A DNA stretch of 64,000 bases from assembly GCA_049724395.1 (NCBI GenBank), contig JAUGWO010000041.1:1-64000 (forward strand), read 5' to 3'. The translations under genes and the position numbers were made by a program. Below the pieces are notes generated by a model. That model worked only from the letters and a program-made list of their open reading frames with translations. It had not been told where the DNA came from and did not search any database. The first letter of the stretch is position 1; each line of letters opens with the position of its first letter. Shown one piece after another: positions 24,750 to 35,532 of the stretch. This DNA comes from Spongospora subterranea f. sp. subterranea (lineage: Eukaryota).

Positions 24750-26302
24750 CACCTGGCGTTCGATTGTGGGCGGCTTGAGCCCCGGGCGTACCGGTCGTTG
24801 ATAGCTGTTGCTGTTGAACCCTTTCGCAACAGGTGTGACTATAATATGGGACAGTTTTATCGCCAACACGATCAGTGGGAAACCCAGACCAGAGGCGCTT
24901 CTCGAAACAGCCATTACTGAATTCAAAGCGGAACTTGCGGAATTGAAGCCAGATTCAATTGAACAATTGGGACGGATATATTCCAGTAGTTTTTAATTTT
25001 GAGAAGCAAACTCTGATTGGATATGCTTTTATTGATTTCTTTAATCACATTTTTCAAGTTGCCGATCGCTCTTAGAAACCATATTGAGGAATTGCACTTT
25101 CTTTTCTCAATTCGCCTTTCATTGGAATTGCTCTCGATGATTTCCTTGGAGCATTTATTGATCGTGTCCAATAAGGTGCGACCTTGTGTGCTGTGATTTG
25201 GCATTGGGGTATTTTTAAACACGGTTTGAAATTGTTCTGAAATACAATTCGACTTGTTTTTTCGATGACGGTGGTTTGTGTTCATACAATGCCGATCGTC
25301 ATCTCCTCTGTTATGTTGGTCAACCATTCAAAATATATACTCTGAATACGATTTCAGGGTCGAGCGAATTATAGCTCAAGGATAGCCAGCTCTTACAAGG
25401 TGTTGTTTCCAGGATGGACATTTCTATTGGCAGTTGGCAGGCCCGTCATCCGACTTGGTTTCGTCATCTCGGGCTTATTTGATGCATTATTTGTGTTTTT
25501 GCACATGTTTGTGCCTTTTTGTCAGGTTTGATATAGAGCTTGTCAAATATTGCATATTGTTTCCATCCGATACGGTCTATATCCAACAGAAGCCTTCACG
25601 TCTGAGCCGAATTGTTTCAAAATTCAATCTAGCAGTTGGCATGAGTGCAACGACTTCTCTGATTCGGTCACGACTATTTCAGTTCTATAACGGTGATAAA
25701 ATTAAGGCCAATCAACCGTAATTGCTTGACTGTTCTCAGTTTATTTTGCTGCCAAGGACTAAATCGGCGATATTCATTCAGCTTAACCTGTTTTGTGTTC
25801 TCCAACAACTCCTCCGAATATCTGTCAGGGTTGTACTTGAGTGTTGGCCAGAAAAGAGCATCATCTGTGGACTGTGGAACCTTCACGTCTTTGCGCAATT
25901 ATTATGTTTCCACTACAGTAGATGCAGCCCCAATGCTTACGCGTGCAGTATCGTTAGAACTGACACCGACAGACACCCGACGTCAATGAGGGTTGCTCCC
26001 ATGATCAGTGGCAGTGTCATAGTGGCGTAACCTTCCGGTCCTGACTGTACACGGGGTCATGGCGGTACTGTAGTCTAATTTAACTGCCGACGTGTGTTCC
26101 ACAACCATATTTCGGCGACTTATTGGTCACAATCTCGGGGGAAACCAAAATCGCCCCATCGCCGCCGATTTCGTCCGGGTCGATGAAAAATTATGAATAA
26201 TGGCGACCGTTTTCGGTTGGTACGACCCCGGTGATCCGTTCTGATATCACTTGTATACGAATCTACCCACGATATTCGTCATTCATCCTGAAAGCTGAAG
26301 TC

Positions 26303-27470
26303 ATGTGGAAAGGTTGGGCTACAACCTGTTGTATTTTTTCTGGCGCGGTACTGACACCTTTTATTTCGATGTGAAGACGACAAAGCTGCCGGAACTGTCG
26401 AATGTTCGAATTGGATGGGACAGCATCGCGATATGATCGCCAGATTTCCAATCAGTTCGTTAGCTATTGCTGGAAGTCATAATTCTGGATCGTACGCTAT
26501 CCACGGTTCGCGTCCACAACGCGCTTGGGATTGTGATCCCAGCATAGCGCGATATTTTCATCTCCCCGGTTTCCCCACAATCGTTCGACGATGGGCCAAA
26601 GTCAGTTCTATGCAAGTGCTTTTTTGTTCAGTTTCATCATTCGTCCCGTTGTAGTGCCAGACGAGTTCAATTCGCGACCAACTGTTGAACGGAATCCGGT
26701 ATTTGGACGTGAGATTGAGCTGTGACACGGATAATGGGCGAATGTTCCTATGCCACGCTGTCTGCTTCATATCATTTGATGATTTTTGCACACAGTTGAT
26801 CGATTTCTCGGATTCGCATCCGTCCGAGATTATTCTTGTCGATGTCAACCATGTGTATGTGGATCCCAACGCCCCAGCCCATAGTTGGGCCATCAAGAAT
26901 CATTATCACACGATCTTGGATCGGTTAATCGAGGCAATTGGACGAAATCGTATCGTTGATCGAGAATGTTCCCCTTCGACAACCATTTCCAAAATATTGG
27001 AAGCCCGTCCTCGAATAATATTGATATTCGACAATGCCGAAGCGGCAGAATCAAGGCATATTTGGGGACCGGATACAATCACCTCAGCTTGGCCAAATTC
27101 CAACAAGATGACGCGTGTTTTGGATCACGCGGTTCTAGAATGTGTTTCGAATCGTGATGCGTCAAGGCTGCATGTGATGCAGTTGCTGCTGACCTGCAAA
27201 CCGAGCGATATCGCCAAGAATATCTATGGGAACCTCATCAATCATAGCAGGCGTTTGACGTACCATGCGCCCCAGTTCATCTTCGAACAATGTCGGAAGG
27301 ATGGTGCGTTGTTGAGGCACTTCAACGTGGTAATCATGGACGACTGCTGCCATAGCAATGGCGCATTGGCGCTAGCGGCGATCGAGATCAACCTGATGAA
27401 GTATGAATCCATGGCCTATCCGCCTATTTATCATTCTCTGCATTCACCACAACAAACACCACCCAATTAG
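26303..27470 (+). CDS. PI-PLC X-domain-containing protein (paralogue 1); start uncertain
   Basis: NWMG, LAIAGSHNSGSY, RRWAK|CQT (intron), QLLNGIRYLDVR, FLCHA, HPSEIILVDVNH; both catalytic-type His are retained. Confidence 0.88.
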
Positions 27471-28029
27471 TGTATTTTTTACTACAAACAAACCATACCG
27501 GTTTAACTCGACTGCAATGGTCAAGGAGTGTTTGCGAAACTCGACATATTTTCGTTGACCTCATTAGACAGCCGATAATGTCAGATCAACGACGTTCGCC
27601 CAACACGCGATGATCAGCAGTCAGCTGAATGAACGATCGCGTTCCGCAATCGTCACAAAGTATGTCGATTCTATCGCCATCACCCGATATTTGCGTGTGG
27701 CGGGATATATGTTCATCAATCTTTGTCCTTTGCCAATTGTAAGTCCTCCATGCGTTTGCGAAAAACCACTAATATCTTGTGCCCTACGCCGTTCCATTTC
27801 TGAACCATTCCTCATACCGACCACGCTGAACTTAATGACGGAATCTGTCCTCCGTTTGCTCGCGCACCTCTGTCTTTTGCCGATATTGGTGAAATTGAGG
27901 TTTGGCTCCTGTACGGATGAAAACGCAGGAATGGCGGAACGCGCTGGGTTTTCTCCAGCGTTTCCTTGATCCTTTCCCTCAGTCTTCCCACGTCCACCGG
28001 ACCCGACCCTTCTTGCTTCCTTTCTCGTG

Positions 28030-28420
28030 CACATTTCTCTGGTCACTCCCAGTTGGTCCTGATTGAGGACCTCCAAAGTTAGGTCGGTCTCACCTCCAAT
28101 TCTTCAAGCTGTGTCGTTTGACCTTGGATCTCGCAATGCCAACAGCCTGCAATGACCTCGTTAGCCATTACGTGAACTCTTTGCGCGTGATTTGTAATCC
28201 TCCTTCTTCTTGGAAGACTGGTCGATGAGTGTCTGTATTTACTATGTGGCACATCCGTTCTGTCGTTGTTTTCGTACAGGTGGGCGACATCGATCATTTC
28301 ATAGGCAACTGGAGAGCGGCAAAGGGGGTGTCACCGACGGTCTCCACGTGGTTCAACAAGAACTTGTGGTACCATTTTTTTCAGTCTAGGAGTCGGAAAT
28401 TGTTGAAAACCCTAATTGGA
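28030..28420 (-). mobile_element. Degenerate tyrosine recombinase (DIRS/Ngaro/Crypton-type) fragment
   Basis: Manual translation gives RPVFQEEGGLQITRKEFT*WLTRSLQAVGIARSKVKRHSL[+1 nt]RIGGETDL, i.e. the HSxRxGG box II motif. Confidence 0.7.
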
Positions 28421-28739
28421 CACATGTCGCAACAATGTCAATTTCGAGAAACATTTCCACATATGCGAAAAGGTTTGTGGGTTTATTGAGTTGTTTACGG
28501 TAGTGTCACAACCAGTTCATCACCATAGTGAATGTCGAATGTAGATCATATCACAATGACTTGACACGATCACTGTTCGCTCAATCAATCATAAAAAATC
28601 CATGTTCCATTTATCGAATCAACTTGGCAATTTGCCAGTTGACATTTGGGTCCCTCGACGCTCGAATTATTGTCAAAATCGCCGGCCATCGACGTGACTG
28701 AAGTACGGTAGATTAGGAGCCCGCCCTGCCACAATATTT

Positions 28740-30060
28740 ACCGTCCAGCTCCATACCCGAGTACCGTAATGGCTTCATCAATCGCGTCAACGCGATTAGT
28801 TGTAAAATTTCTCCAAGTCTTGTGCATCCATTTCAATTGTGAAACCGTAGGCGATCGAACAATCTGGACAAATAAGCGACGTTAACGCCAGTCAAGTTTC
28901 AATTCCCGACTAGGTACGTCAAGATGTTGTGCTGGAGCCCATGGAGGATCCACCAAAAATGTAATTGGATTCGGATACCGGATTTGGTGTCTACGGATTC
29001 CCCAGCGTTTCGAAGATACATCAACGTCACCAGCAAATGATGGCATGCACGTTGAAGGTTAGGCCACTCCATCATGCAAAATATCTGATGCAGCTAAAGA
29101 TGATGATCATCCCAACTGGATGGTAATTTCTTCCAAGGGTGTACTACGAGGAACATGAAAAAGACTCTACGTCGCTCATATTGACCATTCTCGCGATGTG
29201 GATTTCAAGTTTTTGCTGTCAGACAGCGGGGTTACCTAAAACGTCGGGCCATTTTTAGCACAGAATTGTTTGTCAATTCCACTGCTGTTCGTGAATATAA
29301 TGGGGATATTGAACAATTGCTAGTCGACAGGGTGACCCTCGTTTATCTGATGGATATTTGGGTGTCCCTTGAGCTTGTCAGGTCGTTCCCATTGTCGTTC
29401 ACACCTCTTCATCCAATTGAAGGAAACTCGTATCCAAACTGTAAACGGCGTTAGAGCGTGGTGGCGGCGCTGACGAAGCCAGACTGCAACGACAGAGGTC
29501 CTGCCCGATGCAACTGACTGGTTTGTTGCCATTTCAAGCTCTCAGGAAGTCCAAGGTCGATGAACCCACAGGAACGTGGTACACGAGATACAATATGCAG
29601 TTTGGCGAAATGTAGTTGTGGAATTCGTCAAGTGTCGTCCATTCCGCGGATGAAATTGAATGCCAGAACCCTCGAAGATTCTTCAAAACCCGAGTGCTAA
29701 TCGTGAAGATAATTTTGGTTTCAATGGTTCGACATGTTCTGGCCACACATCAACCACATTATGCTATTCAGATCGACTATACAACCAAAACTACAAAATG
29801 TTGTATACGATTTCGATGCTGAAACAAATGGGATTTCACCAATCATGTGAAGAGCGCCATCGCTGCGGTTACCTGTGGCGCAACGCTTTCGATTCTATCT
29901 CACACAGTTTCGGACTTGGATTCCGTTTTGCATATCATCAACACCCATGATTATTGGTCGTCCCTCTCGTTCAGTTCGTCGTTCTTTCTCTCGCCTTGTG
30001 TCTGTTCTTGGTCTTCCAATCTTCTGATCGTCTGACTGATCAATCTGCCTCAAACTACGT
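28740..30060 (+). pseudogene. Decayed duplicate of the CmcJ/NvfI-like oxygenase gene at 31913-32992
   Basis: Collinear nucleotide similarity (e.g. GTGCTGGAGCCCATGGAGGATCC, GACCATTCTCGCGATGTGGATTTCAAG, GAAACAAATGGGATTTCACCAATC) with several stop codons, deletions and an insertion at about 29435-29515. Confidence 0.88.
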
Positions 30061-30500
30061 AGGGTTGGGTCTGAGAGATCTTCCTCAATTAAACTGTCTT
30101 TTGATTCTTCTTGCTCTTTAACCCTTTTCGCATTGATTCAATACCCTCTTGACGTAGTTTGAGGCGAATTGATCAGTCAGACGATCAGATGATTGGAAGA
30201 CCAAGAACAGACACGAGTCGAGAGAAAGAACAACAATTTGAACGAGAGGGACGACCAATAATCATGGGTGTTGATGATATGCAATACGGAATCCAAGTCC
30301 GAAACTGTGTGAGATAGAATCGAAAGCGTTGCGCCACAGGTAACCGCAGCGATGGCGCTCTTCACATGATTGATGAAATCCCATTTGTTTCAGCATCGAA
30401 ATCGAATGAAACATTTTGTAGATTTGGCCTTATAATCGATCTGAATAGCATAATGTGGTTGATGTGTGGCCAGAACATGTAGAACCATTGAAACCAAAAT
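29712..30500. repeat. Long inverted repeat 3: arms 29712-30060 and 30152-30500, 91-nt spacer
   Basis: Reverse-complement match of about 350 bp; mirrored ORFs 29847..30035(+) and 30177..30365(-) translate almost identically. Confidence 0.96.
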
Positions 30501-31520
30501 GTGAGGCAAAGACTTCAACAGGGGCAAGGCCACCCAGACTTGAACTGGGGCTATGGCTGAGGACTACTTGGACTAAGGGGATGGCATCAGGCCAACGATC
30601 CAGAGCAACAAACCTCCATATGGGACAATAATAACCGGAGAGGCTCCTGAGTCATTTGGCGAGCGGTGCCATTCGGGAAATGCATCCCGACCATTGTGAA
30701 CGATGGGAGATTTCTACCCAATGACTGAGTTCGGAACTAACAGGGTTCCTGAATTAAGTACCACAGTCGAACACCTAGACCCGGGGCAATCGGAAAGAAC
30801 TGCCCCATCGAAACATAGCGGCGACGACGGTGTCCGAACATTCTCCAAGCGAGGCTCTTCCGGTCCGAAACGTCGTCCTGTGGCAAACTGTACTCTGACG
30901 AGGTATCCGTCATGATCCCGCTCGGATTTCTGGCATCATCAATCTCCCCTGTCCACTGGGGTCGTTCAAGTATTGTCTGCGATTGTCATTTGTCCCCCCC
31001 CCCCCTCTGAGGTTCTGGAGTGCAGAACGAATATCCGACCAGCACGCCCCGTCCAAAGGTGAGAAAGAGGTATACGAATACGAGACGCTTCCCGGGTAGT
31101 ATTCGCTAGACAAGTCTGCAGAGATACGAGTGCAGAGTGCCACAGATCGAGGTTTCCGACTGGAAACTTTGACGCGATCTATACGGGAGTAAAACGGGTC
31201 TATGTGAGAACAGAGGGAAGTAATGAGAAGTGACCGTCAACATCGGCAGAATGAGTAAGAACATCGTCAATGTCATGCAACTCCCGAACCAAGCACCATT
31301 TACTGGTTCTTGCGAACACCGCGTTGACGAGGAAACGCCATGCGGGAGGATTACAGCAGTGTGCTTGCGTTGGCAGCATGTACTGTCACGGAATATGCCC
31401 ACTGTCACCATTATCGCCATCTAGAGTCGAAAAAAACTTGAGAGTGCGTCAGTCGAGCCGCCATCGAACGAAGGGGAAAAAGTACCCCATTGATAAGACT
31501 GTAGATCAAAGACTCCGAAG
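30501..31520 (-). mobile_element. Degenerate Ty3/Gypsy-like pol remnant (RT plus integrase-like end)
   Basis: Across frames: FFSTLDGDNG, TAVILPHGVSSSTR, DIDDVLTHSADVDGHFSLL (RT motifs). Near 30510-30590: IPLVQVVLSHSPSSSLGGLAPVEVF, resembling an integrase C-terminal segment. Confidence 0.7.
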
Positions 31521-31912
31521 CAGTCACACCCGGGTGATTACCACGTCACGATCGTTCCCAGATGGTCCTCATGGTCGACCTTCATTTCCCCTAGGTCTGT
31601 TTGCTCCTCCGATTCCCAAGCAGTGTCCTTTTGACCCTGGGTCCCGCGATGCCAGCCGCCTGCAATGACTGGATTTTTTCCGCTTGACTGGCAAAGTGGC
31701 GATCCTCCTCCTCCTTGGAAGAGTCTACCACTACATACCGTATTTTGCCGGACTTTGTACATACCGTAGTGGGTTTTGCTTTTGCGTTGGGGATATTTTT
31801 GGCGCCAAACAATTCCGTGGCTTGAGTTTTGGCTCCGCGTTAGTTAAGTCCGCCTACAGCACCAGCTTCGGATTACCGTCCAGCGCCATATCCGAGTACC
31901 GTAATTCAGGCA

Positions 31913-32992
31913 ATGGGTTTCATCGATGGTGTCAACGCGATTATTTTGTCGAGAGTGCTCCGGGTCTTGTGCGTCCATTTCGGTGATCAAACAATCTGGG
32001 ACACATAAACGTTGTCAAGGCCGACTATGACGCCAAAGTAGTTTCAGACCATGACTTGCAGCGTCACGAAATTGTGCTGGAGCCCATGGAGGATCCGCCG
32101 AAGAAATTTTCGGGTGACGAAATGTTGAATGTGTTGGATTCCGATAACGGATATGGTGTTTTTCGGATTCCAAAACGTTTGGAACATACTCTAACGTCAC
32201 CTGCAAAATATGACATGGATGTTGAAGAATTTGCTAGACCACTCCATCAAGCAATATCTGATGCAGTCAAAGATGATCATCCCAACTGGATAGTGATTCC
32301 TTCCAAGGGTGTACTACGAGGAACAGGAAAAACACTATACGTCGCATATGCTCATGGTGACCATTCTCGCGATGTGGATTTCAAGTTTTTGCTGTCAGGC
32401 AGCGGGTCTACCTTCGAAGTCGTTCCATTATCAGCACAGAACCGTCTCATTCCATTCCACTGCTGTTCGTGAGTATAATGGGGATATTGAACAATTGCTA
32501 CTCGACAGGGTGACCCTCGTTTATCTGATGAATATTTGGGTGCCCCTTGAGCCTGTCAGATCGTTCCCATTGGCGTTCACACCTCTTCATCAGTTGAAGG
32601 ACACTCGTGTCCACAGTTGGTTGACTGGTTTGTTGCCATTTCAAGTGCTCAGGGAGTCCAAGGTCGATGAACCCACAGAGAAGTGGTACACGAGATACAA
32701 TATGCAGTTTGGCGAAATGTATCTGTGGCAATTGTCAAGTGTCGTCCATTCCGCGGTTGAAATTGAATGCCAGAACCCTCGAAAATCCTTCGAAACCCGA
32801 GTGATGATCGTGAAGACTAATTTCGATTTCAGTGGTTCGACCTGTTCTGGTCACACATCAACCACATTATGCTATTCACAACGACTATACGACCAAATCG
32901 ACAAGAGGCTTCGCAATGGTCAAGATACGGTTTCGAAGCTGAAACAAATGGGATTTCACCAATCGTGTGAAGAGCGCCATCGCTGCAGTTGA
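31913..32992 (+). CDS. CmcJ/NvfI/AsaB/GA4-desaturase-like Fe(II)/2-oxoglutarate oxygenase; first exon uncertain
   Basis: AHGDH (HxD), NIWVPLEPVRSFPLAF, KWYTRYNMQFGEMYLW, VVHSA, PRKSFETR. A 40-nt GTGAGT...CAG intron at 32469-32508 joins ORFs 32056..32472 and 32309..32992 in frame. Confidence 0.75.
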
Positions 32993-33493
32993 CTGTGGCG
33001 CCACGAATTCTCTTCTATCTTCAAAAATTGTTCGGACTCTGATTCCGTTGTCCATATCTGTAAACAGTGATGATTATGGGTTGTCCCTCTCTCCGAATTC
33101 AGCAACTCGAGGTTAATTAGGTTTCGGTCTGAAAGATCTTCTTCTCTATATTCTATTGAATTATTTCTTGGTTCATCGTTCTGTTATCGTTAGGCCCTGG
33201 TGAAAACTCCATTCTGAACCAGAAGTTTTGAAAGTGAGAGAAGGGAAAGAGGATCCGACCTAGTCCATTTCTTCGGTCTTTTCGATCAGCCAATTGTGAT
33301 CGGTAAAAGTAGTATCTGCATCGTGAACTGATTACTTTTCGGGCGCGATGATCTTGGGATTGATCGGCCAAAACCATGGCGGCAGCGACAGATTGATCGT
33401 TGCTCACCCCGGAAGCAATCAGTCATTCCATCATGACCATCGAGTCGAATTGGGGGCAGTCGTAATGGTTTAACCCCATATTAATATCTAATT

Positions 33494-34693
33494 ATGAACT
33501 ATATCCAAATCTCCGTTTTAACTATTTCTTTATCGGTCGTCGGAGCAGGCTCGTTCTGCGCTTTGTACATATTGCTGGAAGTCTGTTGTTGTGCACATCA
33601 GTTTGCCTGCGTTCCCTCTGTTGAACGTTGTTTTTTTTTTTTGCAGGAAACTCCCGACCATCGGGTTGGCGATGAATATGGAAACTGGATGGGAGAAAAC
33701 CTGAACCTCATCAGGGATTTCCCGATCAGCTTCGTTGCTCTACCTGGTAGCCATAACTCGGGCACATATTCCCAATCAGATTCGTGCCCGAAAGCCTGGG
33801 ACCTGGCCGCCTTCGTCAACCTACCTGTGATCTCCACGGTCGTCCACAGGTGGGCGAAGGTCAGTTTCCCCGTTTCTCATGAAGTTCAACGTTGAGCTCA
33901 TATTGTTTGGATCTAGTGCCAGACCATGTCGATCACAGATCAGCTGATGAGCGGTATCCGATATTTGGATATCAGATTGAGCTACGATATAGAGTCCGAT
34001 ACGATCTGTCTTTGCCATGGTCTCTGTTTCATAACGCTTTCCGAATTCGCATCGCAGCTTGTTCAGTTTTCAGATTCGCACACGAACGAGATCATCATGG
34101 TCGACGTGAATCACGTCTACGCTGGCCCAGATTCCAGCGAGATGACCCTAGAGCAGCACCAGGTGGTTCTGGATCGGGTCGTTTCCGAGATCGGTCGATC
34201 TCGTATCGTCGGCCGTGATCGTAGCCCATCGACGACAATTTCTCGCCTGCTACAGCAGCGGCGTCGTATAATTCTCACATACGACGACGAGGAAGTCGCG
34301 TTCAGGAGCAATGTTTGGGGATGTAAATCGGTCAATTCGGTCTGGCCAGACTCGAACGACGTCGATGTCGTACTGGCCGAGGCCAAGCGGTACGCCCACT
34401 CGCCGATCGATCGTGACCGGGTTTATGTGATGCAATTGCTGTTGACGTATTCCGCCATCGATATCGCCAAGAACCCCGTCAGAGGCGTTCTACAGAAGAG
34501 CAGGGAGTTCCTGCAATTCGTTCCAGACTTCATTCTGGAACAGTGTGAAGACCGCCGGTTCTTGGAGGCCATCAATGTGGTGCTAACCGATGATATCGGA
34601 AGAAACACCCAGGAATTGATGACGTCCATCATGGCGATCAACCATATGAAGAAATTGCGCAGCTCTACCCTTTCAGAACACTACTTTCTCTAG
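33494..34693 (+). CDS. PI-PLC X-domain-containing protein (paralogue 2) with N-terminal hydrophobic signal/anchor, 3 exons
   Basis: MNYIQISVLTISLSVVGAG..., NWMG, LPGSHNSGTY, RWAK|CQT intron at the same position as paralogue 1, GIRYLDIR, CLCHG, EIIMVDVNH. Confidence 0.9.
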
Positions 34694-35076
34694 ATTCCAG
34701 TTCGATCACTGATTTTACACTCTCGAGGATCCAGCGGTATCGACAAATTACAAAATTCTGATCTGTTCCAAAATCGGTGTTGAAATTTGCCCGATAGCTT
34801 GCCCTTACGCAAGCGTTGGTTTCAGCGGCAGCCCATTCGTCTTGTGAAGTCTAAAGCGACAACGGTTTTGTTGAATCAAAGCGTTATCCTGGTGTATATG
34901 AGTAGAATCAATCATTAAGGTTTTCAGCCAACGGATATAAACATCTTCGATTGGGGGGGCAGTTTTTCATTAGAGGCACCGGAAGAAAACTATTCGAATT
35001 AGTGAACGCGAACCTTCTCCGAATAAAAACAAACTCGTACCCAAATCTTCTTCCAATGCTCTGCAGTCATACAAAT

Positions 35077-35165
35077 GGAGTTCCTGCAATGCGTTCCAGA
35101 TTTCATTTTGGAACAGTGTGAAATCCTCCGATTCTTGGAGGCCATCAATGTGGTGCTAACCGATG
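35077..35165 (+). repeat. Direct partial duplicate of the PI-PLC paralogue 2 3' coding region (about 34504-34592)
   Basis: GGAGTTCCTGCAAT...TTCTTGGAGGCCATCAATGTGGTGCTAACCGATG occurs twice with several substitutions. Confidence 0.85.
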
Positions 35166-35532
35166 CAGGAACGGCACCTTCAAAATTGAAGTTCATTTGA
35201 CCCGTTGTTGATATACCTGACGGTACCGGTGGTTTTGCTGTTTTTTCCGAGGCGAACACGGCAATTTCCGAAAGCTAAACCACATTCGAAATTACAGAAC
35301 CACGAAAGACCAATCTGAAATCACTACTCATTTTGTGCCGATAATATTTCATAACCATACGTGCCCAGAATCGCTATCACTTCATAAACGCTCGAAGTTG
35401 TCGAGGTTGTGTGGTCAACTAGAGCGGACGAATTGTCATCGTGTTCGGATTCCTGCAAAACCAACAGCAACAAACTGGCGTGGCGGACAGGACCCGGACT
35501 GATAAGCGATATTAATCTCCGGAGGCCCCGCC

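Noticed and set aside
24790..26050. Possible gene divergent from CEP76, or a Fanzor/viral-like insert
   Set aside because: Could not assemble a consistent spliced frame, and found no RuvC, zinc-finger or viral hallmark motifs.
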